Assembly (NCBI GenBank): GCA_951406725.2
Contig: OX597816.1
Location: 60,884,001 to 60,948,000, forward strand
Direction: 5' to 3'
DNA from: Octopus vulgaris
Lineage: Eukaryota
Length of the DNA: 64,000 nucleotides
The notes under the pieces are model-generated. The model was not told the origin of the DNA. It was given only the letters and a program-made list of their open reading frames with translations, and made no database searches. Of this stretch, positions 51,486-64,000 are shown piece after piece (positions within the stretch are counted from its first letter, which is position 1; each line of letters starts with the position of its first letter). Position numbers and translations under genes: made by a program.

Positions 51486-51689
51486 ACAAATAAGAAAATT
51501 AATGCTTATGTAAAATCAACTGTTGCAGTTGGATAACAAGATAAACAGACATAAACATATTGGTGAATGTATTTTTAAAATTAAATTCAGTATAAATATG
51601 GAAGATTAAGCAACAAAAACTGTTCTTAAAAAAAGCAGAGAAAAGTTAGTAGGAATGAAATGTATATCAATTAACCATTAGCTGACAGA

Positions 51690-52320
51690 TACACTGTTTC
51701 TACTTCAATCATCAGATCATAAACACACAAGTTTGTACTTCCATCACTAGATTACAGACACACAGCTATTCCAATCACTAGATCACAGGCACACCGCTTC
51801 TACTTCAACACTAGATCACCAAGACACTGTTTCTGATTCAGCAATTATAATAATAATGAAATTATTGTATACAGTGCTCAGGTGCACCACAACTTGTCAA
51901 AAGTGCGTATAAAGCATATGCAGTAATGTACAAATGTCTGGGAAGCGAACAATGTATGAGTCAGATACATACTTGCGTGTGTATAGAGTGGGGAAAATCA
52001 AGTGTAGTTTTGGCGAATCTCAGGAAGCATGGAAGTTTTGAAGGATGCAGTGCTCTGACAACTAACAACTGATGCCGGCAATTTGTTCCATGCTTCAGCA
52101 ACTCTTAGCATGAAAAAATGTTTCTGAAAGTCATGGGAGCTGTACTCACTGTTTCTACTTCAACACTGCTTCTGCTTTAACCATTGGATCACAGACACAC
52201 CGTTTTCTGATTTAGTGATTAACTTACAGACACACCCTTTCTACTACAACACTGCTTCTATTTCGACCACTAGATCACTGACACACTGTTTCTACTTCAA
52301 CATTGTTTCTGATTCAGAAA
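51690..52320. repeat. About 33-bp minisatellite interrupted by a CR1 fragment
   Basis: Unit acactgtttctacttcaa.cactagatcacagac occurs on both sides of 51846-52145. Confidence 0.7.
51846..52145 (-). mobile_element. CR1-clade LINE 3' end
   Basis: Translates SSHDFQKHFFMLRVAEAWNKLPASVVSCQSTASFKTSMLPEIRQNYT* (FF..RV...WN.LP motif), followed by a 3' UTR and an (ATT)n tail. Confidence 0.85.
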
Positions 52321-52627
52321 TTTGATCACACATTATCTTTCTTGCTTCTATTATTATTGCAATAGTCTCTGCTTCTCCAAAATAGCTAATTACACACCTA
52401 CTCCATTCACCTTTCCTCCTTTCACCTTCATTGTGCTTCACCTGGAAGACTTTGCTTTATGCACTTATCCCAATCCTCTGGAATTCCCTCCTCACATATT
52501 TTTCTTACAGAAACTGACCAACAGATGTTCAAATTGAACATCAACCCTCAGTCTCAAATGGCCTGAAAAGATCAAGAGCACTACTCCTGCCCCTCTGATG
52601 TTATTAGCACTCTTAATATATGCTATT

Positions 52628-52689
<62 letters not shown>

Positions 52690-53022
52690 TTAAAATGAGG
52701 GTGAGAAATTACATATTAATTTAATTAACATCGATTTAACACCAGTGGTCTAGCATATAAAAAACTGAAGGTTCAGTAAAATTGTATTGTATACATATTA
52801 GAGGAAAACCACTATGTGGTTGTATTGCTCGATTACGTTTTGGTTGTTTTGCTAAATTTTTCTTGAGAACATTTCTTAGTGGTAAGACCATAGCGGATCT
52901 ATTTCTAGCATAAGGGTGTCCACATAGAGGTTTCCCTCTAATATGGATATATATATATCATCATCATCATCGTCATTATTTAACATCCATTTTCCATGCT
53001 AGCAGACGTTATTTATATATAA

Positions 53023-53054
<32 letters not shown>

Positions 53055-53129
53055 GTATATATGATATGCTGTGACTGCTAAGACCTGACAAATAACCTGA
53101 GTTCATGGCTGCTTCCTGAAGCAGTTTCG

Positions 53130-53464
53130 TATAGCCCTAGCCCATCCAAAGTACCTTGGATTGCAGAACGACCTTTTGTGCTTACCTTGGATCGTAGGGT
53201 GACCTGCTGTGCTTGAGGAGACCTACTGAGTCAAGTACATCAACATCAAAATAAATATTAAATGGAAATTGTAGTTGTGATACCTGTGCCGGTGGCATGT
53301 AAAAAGCACCCACTACACTCACGGAGTGGTTGGCGTTAGGAAGGGCATCCAGCTGTAGAAACACTGCCAGATCAGACTGGAGCCTGGTGCAGCCTCTTGG
53401 CTTCCCAGACCCTGGTTGAACCATCCGACCCATGCTAGCAAGGAAAACGGATGTTAAACAATGA

Positions 53465-53470
<6 letters not shown>
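53130..53470 (+). mobile_element. RTE 3'-UTR-derived fragment
   Basis: Reverse complement of the 24281-24900 family. Ends gttaaacaatgatgat followed by (TA)n. Confidence 0.75.
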
Positions 53471-53505
<35 letters not shown>

Positions 53506-53705
53506 TAGGTGAATGAATTATCCTATGTTTATCATCAGCATGGAAAATTCGTTTAACCGAAACCTAGGTAGCAAATTTACATCAGAAAACACGGTTGAAG
53601 CGACCTGTCAAGGGTAGAAACTCTGGGTTCATGTGCAGAAATTTCGAAACATGTGTCGAGAGTAAAGGAATTTTGTTAACATCTTCGTTCGACTCCAGTC
53701 TTTAA

Positions 53706-54670
<965 letters not shown>

Positions 54671-55151
54671 TATAAACCTATGTATATGTTATTAAAATTA
54701 TATTTTTAATCCAAGAGCAAAATAATTCTCATAAAAAAAGATGAAATTAGTGCTCGGCAGCACATTCAGCTGATGCGATTAATAACTCAGCATAAAACAG
54801 CTTCCATCCATTTATATTTTGATTGTTCAGTCATCCGTTTTATTTTGCATCTATACACATTCTTGCATTAGTTTCAGCCTCCTGGCCATGGCAATACTGG
54901 AGTAATGCCAAGAAACAGAGTATTCTTATGCTGAGAAACGAACCATGTGTGTGGGGGGTGGGGGTGGGGGTGTAATTTATTAACATAATAATTGGACACA
55001 TTGAAGCAAATAAATGGGGGAAGAGGAATAATATAAATAAACCAAGAACAAGAATAGTAGAATTTAAGAAAACAAACTGATGGAATAAATTTCAGGTGCC
55101 TCTACATGATCAATGAATGGACTTGCGAGAAATAACAGCTGAATCTCCCTT

Positions 55152-55356
55152 ACTCTTTACTCTTTTACTTGTTTCAGTCATTTGACTGCGGCCATGCTGG
55201 AGCACCGCCTTTAGTCGAACAAATCGACCCCGGGACTTATTCTTTGTAAGCCCAGTACTTATTTTATCGGTCTCTTTTGCCGAACCGCTAAGTGACGGGG
55301 ACGTAAACACACCAGCATCGGTTGTCAAGCAATGCTAGGGGGACAAACACACACAC

Positions 55357-55387
<31 letters not shown>

Positions 55388-55560
55388 CATATATACGACA
55401 GGCTTCTTTCAGTTTCCGTCTACCAAATCCACTCACAAGGCATTGGTCGGCCCGGGGGCTATAGCAGAAGACACTTGCCCAAGATGCCATGCATAGGGAC
55501 TGAACCCAGAACCATGTGGTTGGTTAGCAAGCTACTTACCACACAGCCACTCCTGCGCCA
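55152..55560 (-). mobile_element. SINE family B young copy
   Basis: Full length with CpGs retained. TSD ctccctt at 55145-55151 and 55561-55567. Confidence 0.9.
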
Positions 55561-56599
55561 CTCCCTTGAATCATATTACACTTAAAATAGGAAACATTTG
55601 ATAATGTAAATACTGATATACAAAAAGACAGGATGGTCACAACTAGGGTATATTGATCACAGCTAATCTAGAGCTAAACACCAGCAATCAGAACTAGCCT
55701 AGAACTAAACACCAGCAATCATATCAGTCAGTTAATATTTAAAACAATACTTAACAGCTATTCCTTTAGCTTACAGTTTTGTGTTCCAGTATTTCTATGC
55801 ATTTAGTTTAAAGATTGATTGATGACATTAACAAGACATTCTGTATTTATTTTAGCAACTGAGAACTCTTCTAATTATGATTCATTAAATTTCTGAATTT
55901 TAATTAATCCTTTCTCACAGTGAACACTATATTTTGTTTATCTAACATATTCATAATCCTTGCTACAACAAACAAGGTTAAGGTGATAGTGATTTCTTAC
56001 ATAGGTACAACGCCAGAAATTTAGTAGTAGGGGGTTAGTTGCTTATATCAACCCCAATACTTGAATGGTACTTTATTTTATTGACCCTGGAAAGATAAAA
56101 GGCAAACCTAACACTGGGTGGAATTTAAACTAAGATATAAAGAGCCAAAACAAATACTACAAGTCTGACACTAATAATTTTGCCAACATAGTATAAAGAA
56201 ACAAAGTATTTTGTTTACCATGGGACAGAAGCTTATCATTTGCAACAAGGCTAATTCAGTTCCCAGGAAACCTCAACTTTCAAATATTTCTTTATGATTC
56301 ACATTTCTGATTCAAATTCAGCTGCAGTCAACTTTTGTTTTTTCTCATTCTAGTATCAAAATACAATAAATTTCTATTAAAGGATTTGTGTCCATGGAAG
56401 TAATACATTATCTAAACTAATGAAATATAAACATTTAAGGAGTACTCCAAATCAGAAAGTTGAACTTCGTTTATTATCATTTTAAAAACTGTGGTTTCAT
56501 GCTGTCATACATTGGATAGATCTGTCATGCAATACATTGCGATTTGTCTGTCTGTTGTCATCTCCTTTGGTGAGATCCTATTCACCCAATCCATTTTTC

Positions 56600-59546
56600 T
56601 TTTGCGATGCAAATTATCTTATGGTTTATAATACTAACTTCAGGAAACCTGCCAGCCACCTATTCACCTACTGATCCGGTGGACACGCTAGTCAAATTGA
56701 TTACACTCTCACCGTGAAACGAGAAAGATGGCTACTTATAAATGCCAAAACCTTCCCAGGTGAAGAATACACTCCACAACATAGATTAGTAGATTAGTGA
56801 CTTCAGGATCAGAGCTAAATGGATGCCCAGAAGATGGCCAGCATGGAGAAGAAGGGTCTGGAAACTTAAAGATCCTGCAAATGGACAGAGAATTAGAGAT
56901 GTAGTACTCGAAGCTTTTGACAAAATATAGGGGGATACAGCATCATATGATGTGGATGACAACTGGAGGTTTCTACAGGATAACCTGTTGAGGGCTACTG
57001 ACCAGATCTGTGGATGGTGCAAAGTCCCCTTTCGACCCAAGGTAACTGGCGGCATGATGGAACAATATAGTTGACAGGGCCATTAGGGAAAAGAAGCAGG
57101 CATGGAAGGACTGGAAGAATGGTGTATCTGAGGAGAGAACTGTATCTGACTACCAGAAAAAAGAGGAGATGTTTTACTTAGGCAGAAGGGAAGCAGGTAG
57201 GAAAAAATTTGTCAATATTCTGCAATGTGGGGACCAAAGACTTGAAGTGCTTCATGTTGCAAGACAGTGTGTGAGAGAGAATCGAGATGTCATAGGAGAG
57301 AAATGTGTCTGCATGGATGATGGCTTACTTGCATTTAATGAGGCTGCAAGGACAAGGAGAGAGACTTGGAGACACCACTATGAATGGTAGCTAAATGAAG
57401 AGAATGAATGGGAGAAAGAGAGTCTGTTGAATGTTGCACCAACAGAGGGACCAGCTATCTGAATTGATAATACCTTGGTAGATAAAGCAATTTAGGGTAT
57501 GAAGACAGGGAAAGCCTCCTGTCTATCAGAAATCACTGCAGAGATGCTTAACATATCTGGTGGTGTCGGCTGTAGCCTAGTCAACCATATAGCCAATCAG
57601 GTGATACATGAAGGAGTCATACCCAATGACTGGTGTTGCAGCACCATAGTCAACTGCTAAAAAGGTAAAGGTGATGCATTAGATATGGATAATTACAGAG
57701 GTATCAAGTTGTTGGATCAAGTAATGAAAGTCATGGAGAGGGTCATAGCCCAACTAATTAGGGAGAGAGTCAGTTTAGACAAGATGCAGTTTGGGTTTAT
57801 ACCAGGGAAAAGCACGACTGATGCTATATTTCTGGTAAGACAGCTGCAGGAGAGATATCTAGCCAAAGATAAACTTCTGTACCTGGCTTTTGTTGACATG
57901 GAGAAAGCCTTTGACAGGGTCCCTGATTCCTTATCTGGTGGTCAATGCGGAAACTAGGAATAGATGAGTGGTTAGTGTGAGCTGTACAAGTCATGTACAG
58001 GGATGCTGTCAGTAAGGTGAGGGTTGGCAATGAGTACAGTGAAGAATTCTGGGTAGGGGTAAGGGTCCACCAAGGATCAGTCCTCAGCCCCCTCTTATTC
58101 ATCATAGTCCTCCAGGCAATAACAGAGGAATTCAAGACAGGATGCCCTTGGGAGCTTCACTGTGCTGATGGCCTTGCTCTAATAGCTGAGTCACTATCAG
58201 AACTAGAGGAGAAGTTTCAGGTGTGGAAACAAGGTCTAGAATCAAAGGGCCTTAGAGTCAACCTAGCAAAAACCAAAGTTTTAATAAGTAGGAAGGCAGA
58301 CAAACCACAAATCCCTTCAGGTAGATGGTCCTGTTCGATCTGTAGAAAAGGCATAGGTAGAAACTCTGTAAGATGTACCCAGTGTAAGCTATGGACACAT
58401 AAGATGTGTAGCAATATCAAAGAAGGCTAACTAGGAAGATAGTTTTTGTGTGTGGCAGATGCACAGGGACAGTAAACACTGAAGATGTACAGAAAACAGC
58501 TTCTGTCACATTGCAGGGGGGAAAAACTAGAAGTAGTCAATAGCTTCCGTTAACTAGATGACCAAGTCAGTATCCAGAGGGGTGGGGGTGCACTGAAAGT
58601 AGCTGCTAGAATAAGAACAGCCTGGGCAAAGTTCAGAGAGCTCCTACCTCTGCTGGTGACAAAGGGCCTGTTGCTCAGAGTAAAAGGTAGACTGTATGAT
58701 GCATGTGTGCAAACAGCCATGCTACATGGCAGTGAAACATGGGCCATGACTGCTGAGGACATGCATAAGCTTGCAAGGAATGAAGTTAGTAAGCTCTGCT
58801 GGATGTGTAATGTCAGTGTGCATACACAACAGAGTGTAAGCACCCTGAGAGAAAAGTTGGACATAAGATGTGGTGTGCAAGAGAGATGATTATGCTGGTA
58901 TGGTCATGTGTTGCATATGGATAAGGACAGCTGTGTTAAAAAGTGTTACACCCAAGCAGTAGAGGGAATCTGTGGAAGAGGTAGACCCAGGAAGACCTGG
59001 GATGAGGTGGTGAAGCACAACCTTCAAATGTTGGGCCTCACTGAAGTGATGACAAGTGGCCAAACCCTTTGGAGATATGCCGTGCATGAGAAGACCCAGA
59101 AAGCTAAGTGAGACCGTAACCGTGGCCTATGCCAGTGCAGTATAACCAGCCCATTTAAGAGTACCCTTCAATCATTGAGCAATAAACTGCACTTGCAAGT
59201 GAAGTCATTGTCATGGCCGGTGACAGTACTGCCTGATTGGCACCCATGCTGGCGGCATGTAAAAAGAACAATTTGGGCGTGGTCGTTGCCAGTGCCGCTT
59301 GACTGGTTCCTATGCTGGTGGCTCATAAAAAGCACCATTCAAGCATGGCTGATGCCAGTACCGCCTGACTGGCCCTCATGCCTTGGCATGTAAAACGCAT
59401 CCACGACACTCTCAGAGTGGTTGGTGTTAGTAAGGGCATCTAGCTGTAGAAACACTGCCAGATTGGATTGGAGCCTGGTGCAGCCTTCTGGCTTGCCAGC
59501 CCTCAGTCAAACTGTCCAACCCATGCCAGCATGGAAAGCAGACTTT
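56600..59546 (+). pseudogene. Decayed RTE LINE (APE C-terminus, RT, 3' UTR)
   Basis: APE end NTNFRKPASHLFTY*SGGHASQIDY...QHRLV. RT fragments 57685-58889 carry stops and frameshifts, with YADD mutated to CADG. (GAT)n tail at 59531-59546. Confidence 0.92.
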
Positions 59547-60214
59547 AAACGATGATGATGATGATGTTTATAGTCTGCCTTTTGAACTCAGAAAGTTTTG
59601 TTGCTAACAGAGACAACAAGTCTTCCAAATGCTATACATAACCACTGAGTTATGTGACTGACTCTTATTTATATCATGCGATATGGAGAATAAAAAAAGT
59701 TAAAACAATAAGAAGAATTATACAAATTTTAAAAAATACTGAATAGAGTAAAAAAAAGTAAGGAGTAGAAGAAATAACCTTTAATAAAGGTGGAAATATT
59801 ATTTGGCATTAGCAAAGATAAATTACTTAAAGAAAGTACAGTTAAATGCCAAGAATATTCAACCTCTGATTATCATATAGTCATGGTTATGAAAAAAATC
59901 TAAAATTGGTTGCTATGCAGTAAAATTTTTAAAATTTTAAATTAGTTGCTGATAAAGGAGGGGGAGAATTATAAAAGTGGTGTAAACTAAAATTATAGCT
60001 GTTGCTTTGAAATTAAAAGAAACCTTTCAAAAAGGTTTTGAAATGGTTCAAGATTAATAGCTGCTAATGGATGACAAACTGTGATAAAATATTTAGTTAG
60101 ATATGAAGTATTTAAACTAAACTAGTTGACATATATTTTAAAAGTATAACAGAAAAAAAATAAGTCAAGATAGAACTCTATACCGTTAAGTATTAAGAGA
60201 ACTTCATGGTCCTA

Positions 60215-60535
60215 TGAGAGACCCCCTTCGGTCATGAATGACCATAGGATTGCACCTGGAAAGTTACCCTCCGAGGTACAAGTTCGGACAAGCAGTCGCC
60301 CATGCATACCAGCCTCCTCTCTGCACACCGCTGATGTTATCCAAGGGAAAGGCAAAGGGGCCGATACAGCTTGGCACCAGTGATGTCGCAACTCGTTTCT
60401 ACAGATGAGTTAACTGGAGCAACATGAAATAAAGTGTCTTGCTCAAGAACACAACACACAGCCCAGTCCGAGAATCGAACTCACAACCTCACAATTGTAA
60501 GCTTGACGCTCTAACCACTGAGCCATGCGCCTTCA
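60215..60535 (-). mobile_element. tRNA-derived SINE family D
   Basis: A box tggctcagtggttagagcg and B box gagttcgattctc, then tgtgttcttgagcaagacacttt. Possible TSD gtccta. Confidence 0.85.
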
Positions 60536-60846
60536 CAGAGTCCTAAGGAAAAATAAATGTGGAGATGTAATATATGTGCCTTTTGCAATAGCATTATCAA
60601 CCTAAATATAACAGTTTCAAAAGGTGATTTAAAATTTATATTAGTCTTGTTTTGCCAAGATCATACCCCACTGTTCCACAACACCACTTCCAGAAGAAGA
60701 ATTAAAGAGTGACCAGTCAGTTAGATTTAGAGCAACATAAAATAATTATTAATTGTAAAGAAAGAATTAGAAGCTTGTAAATTTTAGGAAAACAAAGAAG
60801 TCATGATGGTCGCTATCTTTCCCCAAAGATATTATTAACACAAGTA

Positions 60847-61185
60847 TTGAGACCCCCTTCAGTCACGACACTGACCATGGATTTGCACCTAGACAGTTAC
60901 CCTCCCAGGCACAAGTCCAGGCAAGGTTGTTTATGGAAGACCAGCAGTCGCCCATGCATACCGGTCTCCCCTCTCCACTCCACCAGTGTTATCCAAGGGA
61001 AAGGCAACAGCAGATACATCTTGGCACCTGTGATGTCGCAACTCATTTCTACAGCTGAGTGAACTGGAGCAATGTGAAATAAAGTGTCTTGCTCAAGAAT
61101 ACAACACGCAGCCTGGTGCAGGATTCGAACTCACAACTTCACGATCGTAAGCTCGACACCCTAACCACTGAGCCATGCACCTTCA
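60847..61185 (-). mobile_element. tRNA-derived SINE family D, second copy
   Basis: Same structure as 60215-60535. 11-bp TSD taacacaagta at 60836-60846 and 61186-61196. Confidence 0.88.
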
Positions 61186-61930
61186 TAACACAAGTAGAAT
61201 GGCTAAAAGTAGGAATCAAATAATAAAAACTGAAGAAACATTAACATATCTTATTGTAGCAGCAAGAGAATCATTGTTTCTGGGCCTAGTGTTACAATAG
61301 GATATGCAAGTGTAAAGAGAAGTCAAGTGTAATTCAGACAAAGATTAAAATTCAAAAGAAATTTTATTGTTGACATGAGTAGAACAAATCTGCAGTGAAG
61401 CGTCACTACATGTATCATGAGCCATTATTATCATCTCTGGTATACAGGCTTTTCTCAATACTGACTTCAGTTTTCCTCACCATTTCTAGAGCATCTACTA
61501 ACTTTACACTCTCACCGTCCAGTTCCGACCAATTCAACATTCACACTGACCAGTATCTACCAGCCATTATAAGCCTGTACCAAAATAGCTGTATCCACCT
61601 TATAATTGCCAATGTTATTAATTCCTAATCACTTAGTCAGCTCATCGTTTCTTGTAAGGTTACATTTAAAATTCAGCACAATGAAGTCTACTTATAAGTT
61701 TAAACCATATGTAATACTGTTGCCAAATGAATCTCAAGCAATTTGCAAATTATCAGCTAAACAGTATATGTAACAGGAAGATTAGTTTCACAATTGTTAT
61801 TCTCATTAATTTTCAATGTAGCTTTCATGTTCTTCCAAGAAAACAATACATTAGTTATTCTACAAGACAATATATATATATATATAGTGGAGGGACAGAG
61901 AGAGAGAGAGGGGGAAGAAGGGAGGAGGTA

Positions 61931-62346
61931 ACTCTCTTTACTTGTTTCAGTCATTTGACTGCGGCCATGCTGGAGCACTGCCTTTAGTTGAGCAAATCAA
62001 CCCCTGGACTTATTCACTGTAAGCCTAGTACTTATTCTATCGGGCTCCTTTTACTGAATTGCTAAGTTACGGGGATGTAAACACATCAGCATCGGTTGTC
62101 AAATGATGTTGGGGGGACAGACACAGACACGCAAACATATACACACACATACATATATAGATACATATATATACATATATATATATATATACATATATAC
62201 GACAGGCTTCTTTCAGTTTCTGTCTACCAAATCCACTCACAAGGCTTTGGTCGGCCCGAGGCTATAGTAGAAGGCACTTGCAGTGGGACTGAACCCAGAA
62301 GTGGGACTGAACCCAAGCAACTTACCACACAGCCACTCCTACACCT
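61931..62346 (-). mobile_element. SINE family B copy
   Basis: Matches the consensus, with a small internal duplication of agtgggactgaaccca. Confidence 0.87.
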
Positions 62347-64000
62347 AATATTAATATACTAGAATTTTAATTTTCATACTACAATGTAAAGAGAGTTTTA
62401 ATGTTTATATTACACACCCATAACCCACTCATTCTCCTTTAATTACAAGAGATCCTCTGCATTTACTGCCCAAGCTTATTGCTATTCAATATCACCCTTA
62501 TTACACATACCTCCAATTGTCTACCTTTTGTACAGAGAAAAAAATCCTTTGTTATAAACAAATGTGGCAATTTGTTAAGCCGCTTCCTCCCACTTTCAAC
62601 CAAATACGTTATTACAGACAGTAATTATGTCCCTAATGTTATAAATTAGTTATTACTTCTGTTCATGTTGTTAGTTTATCAAGTGAACATAAAGGTCGGC
62701 TTTCTAGCCAAACAGTCATAAAACTTTTCCATTGATAAATACAGCACTAAGTTCCTAACTATTCCCTTCCTGAAGACTATGCCAGGTTACTTTTCTATTA
62801 CTATCCTATCTATTGCTATTAACAAGTTAGTGTTTTAGTATTAGTAGAGCACAGAACTCAGTAGAGCAAAGAACATGTTACCTTGTGGTAGTTGATTATG
62901 TCACTTTACACTCCGAGTTCAAATTCTCTCTAGTTTGACTTCATCTTTAATCCCCAAAGGTCAGTAAAATATATGTTAGTCAAGTTGTGAGGTTGATATA
63001 ATCAACTATATACTTAAGGTCAGTGTTACGGTATGGCCACAGTCAAATGACTGATACCAGTTTATTCAAATTTATACTTTACAGCTTTCTAGATTACCTT
63101 ATCTAAATAGTAATACAACACTTCAATGCAATTCTCCAACTATTTTAAAATACACATTTGGTTGGAGAGTAATAAAAGAGAGAGAAATGAGAAGAATGAG
63201 GGGAAAAAAGGAGAATTATTGATATATCAACATCCAGACAACTGGAAGGAGAAAAATTTCAACAAAAGCTTGCTTGACACCAGAAGAGAAAGTAACCCGC
63301 TATCAACATGAGATTTTCAAAAACAACCTGCTCAGAAATGTTATTTCTAGACACAAAGAAAGCTTGTGTGGCAGGTAGACACTCTTTAATAAGAGATGGC
63401 AGAGTGAAAGAAACTCTGAAGTTCAGTAATTGACCAGAACTATGACTAGCACTAGGTCATTTTCACTGAAATATAAGTGACATAAATATTTTGTTTGTTG
63501 AGATTAGGTAAAATGCATTATTAATTACAAATTCTTACAATGTGTCTTGCTTCATTAGCTTATCTAAACTGACACAGTATGTCAATGCAGTTCTTCTAAG
63601 ATAGAGAGGAGACTCAGATTCCACATAACCAAGATGCACAGGTACAAATGCACTTCTGGATATGTTACAGTACTTGAGATGGTGGAGTAAGCATGTTGTT
63701 GGCAAAGAAATGGGTAGATTACTTAACTGAGGTGGTGCAATTATGCAGCACAATAATTAAGCTTAGACAGTCATAGACAACAACAGTGATTGCTGCATAT
63801 GCAGGACAACTAGAACAGAGAGATGAGTAAAAGGACCGTTTCCATGAGGTCTTCTAATAGATTACTTTGATAACAAATGACAGCTGATCACCTTGATAGG
63901 TGACTTTAAAGGTCATGCTGGGCTACAACACAATAGTTATTTTGATATATACTAATGCTATTGTGGAAGGAAAAGTGATCAAAGCTCTTGAAGGTCTGTG

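Noticed and set aside
51690-52320. Regularly spaced repeats resembling a CRISPR array
   Set aside because: These are degenerate tandem units without unique spacers in a eukaryotic context, with no cas genes.

Overview
AT-rich eukaryotic (animal) genomic DNA. The SINE families, RTE LINEs and (TA)n/(CA)n density look like an octopus or coleoid cephalopod genome; this is my inference, not a database result. The only host gene I can support is a minus-strand methionine-R-sulfoxide reductase B of MSRB3 type. It has two spliced coding exons (30040-30218 and 23142-23314) joined in frame across a 6.7-kb GT-AG intron; I could not find its catalytic C-terminal exon(s) or its 5' non-coding exon in the window. 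The rest is intronic or intergenic and full of mobile elements: a young 5'-truncated RTE LINE with about 700 open codons and a PHD-type zinc finger inside the RT region, an inverted decayed second copy, CR1/L2-group remnants, Tc1/mariner remnants, non-autonomous Helitrons, TTAA-ended MITEs, a solo-LTR-like unit, at least four tRNA-derived SINE families and micro/minisatellites. The most unusual signal is a set of short elements carrying minimal hammerhead-ribozyme (HHR) motifs, often palindromic or embedded in (TA)n. One is a 764-bp palindrome with a 9-bp target-site duplication (TSD) in which each arm couples a tRNA-like Pol III promoter to a hammerhead. Most ORFs in the supplied track are repeat or microsatellite artefacts. 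All alignments and folds were done by eye.
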